A program made the translations under genes and the position numbers. This document shows, piece after piece, positions 44,264 to 53,658 of a stretch of 64,000 nucleotides of DNA (position 1 is the stretch's first letter; the number at the start of each line of letters is the position of its first letter). The DNA lies in NCBI GenBank assembly GCA_035652255.1, contig DASRED010000047.1, positions 3,695-67,694 on the forward strand. Direction: 5' to 3'. A model generated the notes under the pieces. The model was not told where the DNA came from. It did not search any database and worked only from the letters and a program-made list of their open reading frames with translations. The stretch is from Gaiellaceae bacterium (lineage in GTDB: Bacteria; Actinomycetota; Thermoleophilia; Gaiellales; Gaiellaceae).

Positions 44264-45297
44264 GCTTCGGGGCGGGGGAGAACGGCCTGCTCTGGCGGGA
44301 CGGGGCGGAGGCAGTCGACCTCTCCGGGCTCGGCGGCGTCTTTGCGGAGGCGTCGCTCAACGCGCTCTCGGCCGAGGGGCCGGCGGCGTGGGGTGAGGCG
44401 ATCGACGCGGCGCGCTCCCACGACGGCCCGCGCGTCCCTCTCACCGCAGCGCGGCTCCCGTTCGAGGTCGCGGACTACGTCGACTTCTACTCCTCGCTCG
44501 AGCACGCGACGAACCTCGGCCGGCTGTTCCGGCCCGACCAGGAGCCGCTGCTCCCCAACTGGCGCTGGCTGCCGGTCGGATACCACGGCCGCGCCGGGAG
44601 CGTCGTCGTCAGCGGCACGGACGTCGTCCGCCCGAGCGGCCAGCGGAAGGCGCCGGACGAGGACGCGCCGACGTTCGGTCCCAGCCGCCGCCTCGACTTC
44701 GAGCTCGAGCTCGGCTTCGTCGTCGGAGTCGGCAGCGAGCTCGGCGAGCCCGTGCCGGTCGAGGACTTCGAGCGGCACGTCTTCGGCGTCGTCCTCGTCA
44801 ACGACTGGAGCGCGCGGGACATCCAGGCGTGGGAGTACGTGCCGCTCGGGCCGTTCCTCGGGAAGTCGTTCCAGACCTCGATCTCCGCCTGGGTGACGCC
44901 GCTCGCTCTGCTCGAGGAGGCGCGCGTCGAGGCGCCGGAGCAGGAGCCGCCGCCGCTGCCACATCTCGCGGGCGGCCGCGACTGGGCGCTCGACCTCGCG
45001 CTCGAGGTGGAGCTGAACGGCGAGACGATCTCCGAGGGGAACGCGAGGACGCTCTACTGGACGCTGCCGCAGCAGCTTGCCCACGCGACGTCCAACGGCG
45101 CCCCGATCCGCACCGGCGACCTCATGGCGAGCGGGACGATCTCCGGCGCCGAGCCGGGGACGGAGGGCTCGATGATCGAGCTCTACCGCGGCGAGCGGTT
45201 CCTCGCGGACGGCGACGAGCTCGTGCTGCGCGGCCGGTCGGGGAACGGCGTCGAGCTCGGCGAGGTGCGCGGGCGAGTCCTGCCGGCGCGCGACTAG
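44260..45297 (+). CDS. fumarylacetoacetase (FAH family)
   Basis: 345 aa. DYVDFYSSLEHATNLG, LPVGYHGRAGSVVVSGT and DLMASGTISG are typical of fumarylacetoacetase. Confidence 0.85.
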   Translation: MSFGAGENGLLWRDGAEAVDLSGLGGVFAEASLNALSAEGPAAWGEAIDAARSHDGPRVPLTAARLPFEVADYVDFYSSLEHATNLGRLFRPDQEPLLPNWRWLPVGYHGRAGSVVVSGTDVVRPSGQRKAPDEDAPTFGPSRRLDFELELGFVVGVGSELGEPVPVEDFERHVFGVVLVNDWSARDIQAWEYVPLGPFLGKSFQTSISAWVTPLALLEEARVEAPEQEPPPLPHLAGGRDWALDLALEVELNGETISEGNARTLYWTLPQQLAHATSNGAPIRTGDLMASGTISGAEPGTEGSMIELYRGERFLADGDELVLRGRSGNGVELGEVRGRVLPARD

Positions 45298-45361
45298 CTC
45301 ATACGTCTTTCATACCGGTCCGCTGCCCGGTTTCATCCAGCCGCGCGAGATCGTTCGCTCC

Positions 45362-45700
45362 GTGGCACGGATCCTTCTGAGTGAGATTGACCCTGACGTC
45401 CGGTGGCTCCTGCGGCTGCTACTGGAGCGCTCGGGTCATGAGGTCGTGCTCCCGGGTACCCCCGCTCGGGAGCTCGACCTGCTCGTCCTCGAACCAGCCT
45501 CGGGAGAGGGCGTGGCATCGGCTCGGGCCGCTCGCGCAGAGCGGCCCGACCTGCCGATCCTCTGCGTGAGCATCCTCCCCGACGAGGCGGAGGAGCTCGG
45601 TCTCGGCGCGGTCTCGTACCTCGCGAAGCCGTTCAGCGTCGAGCAGTTCGCGCTCGCGGTGGACCGGCTGCTCGCGCCGGCCTCGATCGCCGCGGCCTAG
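45362..45700 (+). CDS. receiver-like (pseudo-receiver) domain protein
   Basis: 112 aa, GTG start. REC-like fold signature with K in YLAKPF. Glu sits at the expected phospho-Asp position (LLVLEPAS), and SEID replaces the acidic pocket DD. Confidence 0.55.
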   Translation: MARILLSEIDPDVRWLLRLLLERSGHEVVLPGTPARELDLLVLEPASGEGVASARAARAERPDLPILCVSILPDEAEELGLGAVSYLAKPFSVEQFALAVDRLLAPASIAAA

Positions 45701-45735
45701 CCCGGCCCCCTCCGCGGGACTAAGGTCCGGCGGCC

Positions 45736-46614
45736 ATGCCCGCGCTTCTCACCGGCATCCTTTCGGCGCTCGCCGCGTCGGCGCTCTTCGCGCTCGCGAT
45801 GGGTCTGCAGACGCTCGAGGCGCGGCAGGAGCCGGCCGAGCGCGCGCTCCGCTTCTCGCTCCTGCTCCGGCTCGTCCGCCGGCCGCGCTGGGTGGCGGGG
45901 ACGGCGCTCGGGATCGTCGGCTGGCTCGCCCAGGCATACGCGCTGACGAAGGCGCCGCTGACGCTCGTCCAGCCGCTGCTCGGGACGACACTCGTTTTCC
46001 TCCTGTTCGTCGCGATGCGCCAGCTCGGCGAGCACGTCGGCCGGCGCGAGACGTTCGCCGCGCTCGCCGTGGCCGGCGGCGTTCCCCTGCTCGCGGTGAC
46101 GACTCCGGCCCGCCACGCGGCGCACAGCGAGGGGGTGCGCCTCTGGGCGACGCTCGCGGTGCTCGCCGCGCTCGCGCTCGTGCCGCTCGGCCTGCGCGGC
46201 GCGATGCGCGGCGCGAGCCTCGTCGTCCCGCTCGCGGCCGGGCTCGCGTACGCGCTCGACAGTCTCGCGACGAAGTTCGCGGCGGACGACTACACGCGGA
46301 GTCTCTGGCTCGGCGCGGCGGGCTGGTTCGTGCTCATGGGCTCGGCGGGGCTCCTCGGGACGCTCGGGGAGATGTCGGCGCTGCAGAGCCGGCCCGTGAC
46401 CCACGTGGCGCCGCTCGTCTTCGCGCTCACGACGTTCGTCCCCGTCGCCCTCGCCCCGTTGCTGGCGCGCGAGTGGTGGCCGAGCTCGCCGCTGCGCACC
46501 GCCGGGCTCGTCATCGGGCTGCTCACGACCGGCGGGGGAGCGGCGGCGCTCGCCACCGTCGCCCCGGTCGGGCGCGCCTTCTCCCGCGAGGCGGCAGCCG
46601 TCCCCTCCGCCTAG
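45736..46614 (+). CDS. polytopic membrane protein, DMT/EamA/NIPA-like
   Basis: 292 aa with about 9-10 TM segments. First gene of the co-directional string with the two GT-C-like genes. Confidence 0.6.
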   Translation: MPALLTGILSALAASALFALAMGLQTLEARQEPAERALRFSLLLRLVRRPRWVAGTALGIVGWLAQAYALTKAPLTLVQPLLGTTLVFLLFVAMRQLGEHVGRRETFAALAVAGGVPLLAVTTPARHAAHSEGVRLWATLAVLAALALVPLGLRGAMRGASLVVPLAAGLAYALDSLATKFAADDYTRSLWLGAAGWFVLMGSAGLLGTLGEMSALQSRPVTHVAPLVFALTTFVPVALAPLLAREWWPSSPLRTAGLVIGLLTTGGGAAALATVAPVGRAFSREAAAVPSA

Positions 46615-46724
46615 CGAGACCGAGCGACGCTCCGCCTCTATTCAGCGGGGCCGGAGCAGGGCATACTTGGCCTTCCCGTTGTCGCCGAGGGCCGCGACAC
46701 GGCATTCCACATGGGAGCACTGCG

Positions 46725-49055
46725 ATGACCTTCACCGTGGCGTGGCTGCTGTTCCCTGTCGTGCTGGCGCTGCTCTCACTCGGCGCCGGGCTGCTCGTCG
46801 AGGCGGCGGCCGGCGTCGATCTGCCCGGGCCGCTGCTCCTGCCGGTGGGATTCGCCGGGCTGGTCGTCGTCGCCGACCTCGCCACCTTGACGGTGTTCAC
46901 GGCGCGCCTGACGCTCGAGATCGTCCTGCTGGTCGCCGTCGCAGGCGCCGTCGTCCGCCTCGAGCGGCTGCGGGCCCTCCGCCCGGCCCGCTGGGTCACG
47001 ATCGCGGCTCTCCTCGTCTTCCTCGTCTACGCCGCTCCGGTTCTCTTCACCGGCCAGGCGACGTTCGCCGGCTTCGCGACGCTCGACGACACCGTCAACT
47101 GGTTCGTCCTCACCGAGCGCGTCCTCTCGCACGGGCGCAGCTTCGCCGGGCTCGGGCCGTCCGCGTACTACACGCTCGTCCACGCGTACTTCCACACGGG
47201 CTATCCGCTCGGTGCGTTCATGCCGCTCGGCGCGGCGGCGAAGCTCGTGAACGAGAACATCGCCTGGGTCTACCAGCCGTACCTCGCCTTCCAGGGGGCG
47301 ATGCTCGCGCTCGGAGTCTGGACGATCGCCGGCGGTCTCGTGCGCTCCGTGCGCCTCCGGGCTGCGGTCGCGTTCGTCGCCGCGCAGCCCGCGCTCCTCT
47401 ACGGCTACTCGCTCCTAGGCTCGGTCAAGGAGCTCGTCACGGCGCCGCTGCTCGTGCTCGTCGCGGTCCTCGTCGCCCATGCTTACCGCACCGCGCCCTC
47501 GGGGCGGCGGCTCGTTCCGCTCGCGGTCGTGCTCGCGGCCGTGCTCGCGACGCTCAACGTGAGCGGCTTCGTCTGGCTCGCTCCGGCCCTCGTTCCGCTG
47601 CTGCTTCTCCTCCGCCGCATCTCCGCCGCGGTCTTCGGGCGGCGTGCGGCGATCCTCACGGCGGTCACGCTCGTGCTCGCCGTGCCCGCTCTCGCGACGG
47701 CAGGGAGCTTCGTGTCGAGCGCCAGCCGCCAGCTCACGAACTCGGCCCACGGCGCGAACGCGCTCGGGAGCGTGCTGTTCCACCGGCTCAGCTTTCTCCA
47801 GGTGCTCGGCGTCTGGCCGGTCGGCGACCTTCGGGTCAGCCCGGCGACGATCTGGCCGACGTACCTCCTCCTGGCGCTGCTCGTCGGGCTCGCCGCGGCC
47901 GGTCTTCGCGAAGCCTGGCTGCGCGGCGCGTTCGCGCTGCCGATCTACGTCGCGACCTGTCTGATCGGGGTCTTCATCGTCTCGCTCACCGGCTCGCCGT
48001 GGACGGTCGGGAAGGCGCTGGCGACGGCCTCGCCGGCCGTGCTCGCGCTCGGGCTCGCCGGTGCGTGCGTCTACCTCGGCCGCACCGCGGCCGGCGCCGT
48101 CGTCGCGGCCGCCGCCCTCGCCGTGACGGGAGGCGTGCTCTGGTCGAACACGCTCGCCTACAGTGGCGTGCGGCTCGCCCCACGGGCCGAGCTCGTGGAG
48201 GAGGCCCATCTCGGACAGCGCTTCGCCGGCCAGGGGCCCGCGCTGATGACCGGCTTCCAGTGGTACTACGCGCAGTACTTCCTCCACCGGCTCGCCCCGG
48301 AGTGGGTGACGCCGCAGACCGACTTCGACCAGCTGCCGATCGCCGGCGTGGAGCGTTACTCGACGCTCGTCCTCAGCCGCGGCCCGATCGCGAGCCGGCC
48401 GCCGTCTTCGTACAAGCTCGTCTGGCACGGACGCTACGACGAGGTCTGGAAGCGAGTCCGCGGCGCGCCGAGGGTCATCCAGCACGTCCCGTTCGGCAAC
48501 AACACCGAGCCGGGGGCGATCCCCAACTGCGCGAGGATCCACTCGCTCGCCCATGCCGCAGCCGCGGCGGGCGGGAAGCTCGCCTACGTCGTCCGCGCGC
48601 CCGCTCTCGTCCTCAGTCTCGACGCCGGCGGCAAGCAGCTCGGCTGGCCGTCGGACGGCTACGAGCCCTTCCCGACGAGCAGCGGGCGTATCACCTTCTC
48701 CGAGGACGTTCCGACCACGGGCACGTACACCGTCTGGATGGGCGGCTTCACCCCAGGCACGGCGACGATCTCGATCGACGGACGGACGGTCGGCTCGGCG
48801 GCGCATCTGATCGAGAAGGTCGCGCAGTACGCTCCCCTCGCCTCGGTCCACCTCGCCGCGGGCGTTCACACGATCGTCGTGAGCTACGACCGCTCGCTTC
48901 TCTCGCCGGGAAGCACCTCGCATCTCCCGTGGGGGATGGGCCCGATCGTTCTCTCCACGCAGACCGAGTTCGTGCCCGTCCACTACACGACGCCGGCGCA
49001 CGCGGCGTCTCTCTGCAAGCTGAACCTCGACTGGGCGGAGGCCGTCGCCGGGTGA
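46725..49055 (+). CDS. large polytopic membrane protein, GT-C-fold glycosyltransferase-like, paralog 1
   Basis: 776 aa from an ATG preceded by GGGAG. About 13 TM segments. Acidic loop motif ATLDDTVNWF after the early helices. C-terminal soluble domain of about 250 aa. Confidence 0.7.
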   Translation: MTFTVAWLLFPVVLALLSLGAGLLVEAAAGVDLPGPLLLPVGFAGLVVVADLATLTVFTARLTLEIVLLVAVAGAVVRLERLRALRPARWVTIAALLVFLVYAAPVLFTGQATFAGFATLDDTVNWFVLTERVLSHGRSFAGLGPSAYYTLVHAYFHTGYPLGAFMPLGAAAKLVNENIAWVYQPYLAFQGAMLALGVWTIAGGLVRSVRLRAAVAFVAAQPALLYGYSLLGSVKELVTAPLLVLVAVLVAHAYRTAPSGRRLVPLAVVLAAVLATLNVSGFVWLAPALVPLLLLLRRISAAVFGRRAAILTAVTLVLAVPALATAGSFVSSASRQLTNSAHGANALGSVLFHRLSFLQVLGVWPVGDLRVSPATIWPTYLLLALLVGLAAAGLREAWLRGAFALPIYVATCLIGVFIVSLTGSPWTVGKALATASPAVLALGLAGACVYLGRTAAGAVVAAAALAVTGGVLWSNTLAYSGVRLAPRAELVEEAHLGQRFAGQGPALMTGFQWYYAQYFLHRLAPEWVTPQTDFDQLPIAGVERYSTLVLSRGPIASRPPSSYKLVWHGRYDEVWKRVRGAPRVIQHVPFGNNTEPGAIPNCARIHSLAHAAAAAGGKLAYVVRAPALVLSLDAGGKQLGWPSDGYEPFPTSSGRITFSEDVPTTGTYTVWMGGFTPGTATISIDGRTVGSAAHLIEKVAQYAPLASVHLAAGVHTIVVSYDRSLLSPGSTSHLPWGMGPIVLSTQTEFVPVHYTTPAHAASLCKLNLDWAEAVAG

Positions 49056-51388
49056 GCCTCCTCGTCCCGTGGCTCGCGTTCCCGGTCCTCCTCGCCGTCC
49101 TCTCGCTCGGGCTCGGCCTGCTCGTGGAGGCGATCGCCGGCAGCCGGCTGCACGGCGCGCTTCTCCTCCCGGTCGGCTTCGCCGGCATCGTCGTCGTGGC
49201 GGACACGACGACGCTGAGTGCTTCCACGGCCCGCCACGTCACGCCCCTGGTCGTCGCGCTCGCCGTCGCCGGCTTCGCGCTCGCCGCCTGGGGCGACCGG
49301 CTGCGGACGCTCAGGCCGGATGCCTGGGCGGTGGGAGCCGTCGTCGCGGTCTTCGCGGTCTACGCGGCACCCGTCGTGATGCTCGGGCGGGCGACCTTCG
49401 CGGGCTACTCCTCGCTCGACGACACCGCACAGTGGTTCTCGCTCATCGACCGCGTGATGAGCTACGGGCGAAGCGCTGCCGGCCTGCCGCCGTCGACGTA
49501 CCACCACATCCTCCACGAGTACCTCCACACGGGCTACCCGGTCGGCTCGATGATCCCGCTCGGCGTCGGCGCGCGTCTCGTCGGCCGTGACGTCGCCTGG
49601 GTGCTGCAGCCGTATTTCGCCTTCGCCGCTGTCCTCCTCGGCCTCAGCCTCTGGGTCATGCTCGCGGGTCCGATCCGCTCGCGGCGCTGGCGTGCGCCCG
49701 CGGTCTTCATCGCCTCCCAGCCGGCGCTCCTCTACGGCTACGCGCTCTGGGGATCGATCAAGGAGGTCGTGACCGCCGCGCTCCTTCCCTTGCTCGCGAT
49801 CCTCGTGGCGCGCGCACTGCGCTCGACGCCGTCGGTGCGCGACCTCGTTCCGCTCGCGGTCGTCTCGGCGGCCGTGCTCGCGGCGCTGAACCTCGCCGCG
49901 CTCGTCTGGCTCGTGCCGGCTCTGTTGCCGCTCGTCGTCGTGGCGCGCAGGATCCCGGCGCAGGCGTTCGCGCGGCGCACCGCCGGATTCGTCGCCTGCA
50001 TCGCCGTCCTCGCTCTGCCGACCCTCGCCGTGGCCCGGACGTTCACCGCCGCGGCGAACCACAACCTCGCGGCTGGCGCGCACGGCCTGAACGAGCTCGG
50101 CGAGCTGAAGCATCCGCTCAGCGTCCTCCAGCTGCTCGGGATCTGGCCGGTCGGAGACTTCCGCAACAGCCCGCGCACGTTCTGGCCCACCGGGCTGCTG
50201 CTCGCTCTCCTCCTCCTCCTCGCGGTCGGCGGGCTCGTCGTCGCGGTGCGCCGGCGCGCCTGGAGCCTGCCGCTCTACGTCACGATGGCTGTCGTCGGGT
50301 GGCTGGCGCTCAGAGTGGGCGGGACTCCGTGGACGATCGGGAAGGAGCTCGCGACGGCGTCGCCGGCTCTGCTCGCGGCTGCCTTCGGCGGCATCGGCCT
50401 TCTCGCGGCGCGCCGCGGCCGGCCGGCGCTCGTGGCCGGAGCTGCGGCCGTCGCGCTCGCCGGAGGAGTGCTCTGGTCGAACGCGCTCGCCTACAGCGGC
50501 GCCCGTCTCGCGCCGAACGACCAGCTCGCCGAGCTCGACCTGATCGGCCACGAGTTCGCGGGTCAGGGCCCGACGCTGATGACCGAGTTCCAGCCGTACG
50601 GCGTCCGCCACTTCCTCCGCGAGCTCGCCGTCTCCCAGCTGCCGCCGAAGAACATCGACGCGTTCCCGCTCGCCGAGGTGGAGAGCTTCCGGACACTCGT
50701 GCTCGACCACTCGCCGCTCGAGAGCCGCCCGCCGGCGAACTACCGGCTGGCCCGCGCCGGCCGCTTCTACGACGTCTGGCAGCGCATCCCCGGCGTCCCG
50801 CGACCGCTGCAGCAGATCGCGCTCGGACAGGGCATCCAGCCGGCCGGAACGCTCGCCTGCAGCCGGATCGTGAGCGTCGCACGCGTCGCGACGCAGCGGC
50901 ACGAGCGCCTCGCGACGGTGCTACGGCCCGCTGCGCTCGGCTTCGAGCTCGGCGCGGCGCAGCACCCGGCTGCGTGGACAATCGATCCGTCCGGCGGCGT
51001 CTACCCGACGAGCGCCGGCACCGTCGTGAGCTCGGTGGCCGTCCCGGCTGCCGGCCGCTACGGCGTCTGGGTCGGCGGCTACACGCCCGGCCGACTCACG
51101 GTCACGGTGGACGGCGACACCGTCGGCTCGGTCGTCCACCGGATCGAGCTGCCCGGCCAGTACTACCCCGTGGGCTGGATTCAGCTGACGCGCGGCCGGC
51201 ACCGGATCGTCCTCGGCTACTCGCGCCCGCTCCTGCAGCCGGGCAGCACGTCGGGCACCGCGCAGCTGCCGATGGGCCCGCTTGTCGTGTCGAGGGATAC
51301 CGAGGATCTGCCGGTGACGTACGTCCGGCCTGTCCGCGCGCACACGCTCTGCGGCCGGAGCCTCGACTGGCTCGAGGTCGTCCGATAG
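49052..51388 (+). CDS. large polytopic membrane protein, GT-C-fold glycosyltransferase-like, paralog 2
   Basis: 778 aa, GTG start with GTGA overlap with paralog 1. Same architecture, with SSLDDTAQWF. Roughly half of the N-terminal residues are identical to paralog 1 by eye. Confidence 0.7.
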   Translation: MSLLVPWLAFPVLLAVLSLGLGLLVEAIAGSRLHGALLLPVGFAGIVVVADTTTLSASTARHVTPLVVALAVAGFALAAWGDRLRTLRPDAWAVGAVVAVFAVYAAPVVMLGRATFAGYSSLDDTAQWFSLIDRVMSYGRSAAGLPPSTYHHILHEYLHTGYPVGSMIPLGVGARLVGRDVAWVLQPYFAFAAVLLGLSLWVMLAGPIRSRRWRAPAVFIASQPALLYGYALWGSIKEVVTAALLPLLAILVARALRSTPSVRDLVPLAVVSAAVLAALNLAALVWLVPALLPLVVVARRIPAQAFARRTAGFVACIAVLALPTLAVARTFTAAANHNLAAGAHGLNELGELKHPLSVLQLLGIWPVGDFRNSPRTFWPTGLLLALLLLLAVGGLVVAVRRRAWSLPLYVTMAVVGWLALRVGGTPWTIGKELATASPALLAAAFGGIGLLAARRGRPALVAGAAAVALAGGVLWSNALAYSGARLAPNDQLAELDLIGHEFAGQGPTLMTEFQPYGVRHFLRELAVSQLPPKNIDAFPLAEVESFRTLVLDHSPLESRPPANYRLARAGRFYDVWQRIPGVPRPLQQIALGQGIQPAGTLACSRIVSVARVATQRHERLATVLRPAALGFELGAAQHPAAWTIDPSGGVYPTSAGTVVSSVAVPAAGRYGVWVGGYTPGRLTVTVDGDTVGSVVHRIELPGQYYPVGWIQLTRGRHRIVLGYSRPLLQPGSTSGTAQLPMGPLVVSRDTEDLPVTYVRPVRAHTLCGRSLDWLEVVR

Positions 51389-51408
51389 CGGTTCCCCGCG
51401 TCGTCTGG

Positions 51409-52191
51409 ATGGCGTGGCTGCAGGGCCTCGACCAGGCGCCGCTCCTCGTCCGGCGCTGTGTCGAGTCGTGGCGGCGGCACAACCCGGGCTGGGACGTGCG
51501 CGTCCTCAGCGAGGCGGACATGAGCCGTCACACGAGCTTCGACCACACGGTCGGGCCGGTGGCGGGCCAGGCCGTCTCCCACCGGACGGATCTTCTCCGC
51601 ACGGACCTGCTCGCGACCCACGGCGGCGTCTGGGCCGACGCGACCTGCTACTGCACGCGGCCCCTGGACGACTGGCTGCCGGCAGCGGTCGACCCGTCGG
51701 GCTTCTTCGCGTTTGCGCGGCCGGGATTCGACCGGCCCATCTCGAGTTGGTTCCTCGCCGCCCGCCCCGGCAATCTCGCCGTCACCCGCCTGCGCGACTT
51801 CCTCCGGGATCACATGGCGCGGCCGCTGCGTCCGGCTCCGCGGCCGCTCGTGGGGCTCCTGATGCTGACGCCCTTCACGCGTGGGCTCTGGTTCTCGCGG
51901 CTCATTCGCGACCGGCTCGGGGTCGAGCCCTACTACGCGATCCACTACGCCTTCGAGCTCCTGCTGCGGACGGATCCGGCGTTCGCCCGCGTCTGGCAGG
52001 AGACACCCACGGTCAGCGCCCGGCCGTTGCACGCGCTCCTGTGGGGCGGATTGACGCGGCCGCTGACCGGGGAGCTCGAGCGGGAGATCGAGGGAGCGAC
52101 GGTGCCGATGCACAAGCTCACCTTCAAGTTCGACGAGAGCGACGTCCCACCCGGGAGCGTCCTCGAGCGTCTCCTCCGCGACGGGCCGTAG
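51409..52191 (+). CDS. Caps_synth/Och1-like glycosyltransferase
   Basis: HRTDLLRTDLLATHGGVWADAT resembles the sugar-binding DXD-region family. The conserved VPRVVW lies upstream of the first ATG, so the true start is probably non-canonical (in-frame CTG at 51367). Confidence 0.6.
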   Translation: MAWLQGLDQAPLLVRRCVESWRRHNPGWDVRVLSEADMSRHTSFDHTVGPVAGQAVSHRTDLLRTDLLATHGGVWADATCYCTRPLDDWLPAAVDPSGFFAFARPGFDRPISSWFLAARPGNLAVTRLRDFLRDHMARPLRPAPRPLVGLLMLTPFTRGLWFSRLIRDRLGVEPYYAIHYAFELLLRTDPAFARVWQETPTVSARPLHALLWGGLTRPLTGELEREIEGATVPMHKLTFKFDESDVPPGSVLERLLRDGP

Positions 52192-52197
52192 CCCGGC

Positions 52198-53658
52198 TCA
52201 GCGGGCGAGGACGGCGCGCACCACGTCGCGAGGCAGAGCGCCGCTGAACCACGCGAGCGCGACGAACATCGCGACTGCGAGACACGCGGCCGGCCCCGCG
52301 GGGATCGCGGAGACGAACGCCGGCCAGGCGGAGACCGCGCCGCAGGCGAGCAGTGTCGCTGCCGCCCCGAGCTTCGGCCGCAGCGCGGGCCGCGCCCGGA
52401 CGAGCGCCGTCAGCCCTGCCGCCGCGATCGTCGCCTCGCCGAGCACCGCCGCGACGGCGGCGCCGGTGATCCCGAAGAACACGATGAGCGGCCCGCCCGC
52501 GACGGCGGCCATCGCGAGCCCGCACAGGCTCACCGCGATCCGGGCCCGCTGCCGATGGACGGCGACGAGAGCCGGCAGCCAGACGAGCCCGAGAAACGTC
52601 CCGAACATCGCGAACGCCTGGATCCGCAGCGCTCTCGCGGCGCCGGCATAGCCGCTGCCGCCGAGCAGGACGGCGATCGGCCGCGCGGCGATCGCGAAGA
52701 TGAGGGCGCCGGCGACGGCGAGGAACACCGCCACCTCGAAGAGTTGCTGGAGCGCGAACGCGAGCCGCTCCTCGTCCTCGTCGCCGCTCGCCCGCGCGAG
52801 GATCGGGAACGCCGACGAGAACGCGATCGCGGCGCCGGTCGCGAGCACCTGCAGGACGCGGTTCGAGAGGGCGTAAAGGCCGGTGTCCGTCCGTCCGGTG
52901 GCGAGCGAGACGATGATCAGGAGGAGGCGGAGATAGACGGAGCCGATGACGGTTGCGATGCCGAGCGGCAACGCGTCGATGAGGAGCGGTCGCCACCGCT
53001 GCCACGAGAAGCGCGGCGCGATCGACGAGACGCCTGCCACCGAGAGCGCGAAGACGAGGACCGCCAGAGCGGCGATGGTCGGGACGGCGAGAAACGGCAG
53101 GAGTGTGGCGCCGGCGAGGACGAGACCGAGCAGACCCAGGCCGGTGACGACGTCCCGTACGAGGCCGGCCGTGGTGAGAATGCCGAACCGGAGCTGCGTG
53201 GTCGCGGGCAACAGAGCCGTCTGCCAGAGGTCGACGAGCAGGACGCCGAGGGCTCCGATCGCGACTCCCTCGACCATCGTCCGGTCGTAGCCCGCGACGA
53301 GGGCGAAGGTGACGGCGATGACCGCGGCGGCCGGGGCGAGCACGATGCGGAGCCCGGCGACGTGCGCCTGCAGCTCCCTCCGCTCCGCCTCGCCGCGCAG
53401 CGTCGCGAAGTCGCGCTGGGAGACGACCGCGACGCCGGCGTCCGCGAGCGCTCCCGTCACCGCCGCGATCGAGATGACCGTCGCGTAGCGGCCGTAGTCG
53501 CCGGCGCCGAGGTAGCGGAGCAGGACGATCGTCGACACGATGCCGACCGCCGTGCCGACGAAGTAGCCGACGGTGCGCACGATCCCGCCGCGGATCGCGA
53601 CGCGGCCGGCGGCCGGCAGGTCGAGGACGTCCGGGTGGAGGTCGCCGTCCGTCGTCAT
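52198..53658 (-). CDS. Wzx-type polysaccharide flippase (MOP/PST family)
   Basis: 486 aa from the internal ATG of track ORF 52198..55083. About 14 TM segments. ATGA overlap with the upstream GT4 gene. Confidence 0.78.
   Translation of the reverse strand: MTTDGDLHPDVLDLPAAGRVAIRGGIVRTVGYFVGTAVGIVSTIVLLRYLGAGDYGRYATVISIAAVTGALADAGVAVVSQRDFATLRGEAERRELQAHVAGLRIVLAPAAAVIAVTFALVAGYDRTMVEGVAIGALGVLLVDLWQTALLPATTQLRFGILTTAGLVRDVVTGLGLLGLVLAGATLLPFLAVPTIAALAVLVFALSVAGVSSIAPRFSWQRWRPLLIDALPLGIATVIGSVYLRLLLIIVSLATGRTDTGLYALSNRVLQVLATGAAIAFSSAFPILARASGDEDEERLAFALQQLFEVAVFLAVAGALIFAIAARPIAVLLGGSGYAGAARALRIQAFAMFGTFLGLVWLPALVAVHRQRARIAVSLCGLAMAAVAGGPLIVFFGITGAAVAAVLGEATIAAAGLTALVRARPALRPKLGAAATLLACGAVSAWPAFVSAIPAGPAACLAVAMFVALAWFSGALPRDVVRAVLAR

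Noticed and set aside
46667-49051. First half of the 1573-aa track ORF 46667..51388
   Set aside because: This part is an out-of-frame shadow over GT-C-like paralog 1 and is Arg/Pro/Gly-rich. Only the part from GTG 49052 onward shows membrane-protein character and paralogy, so the gene was called from 49052.
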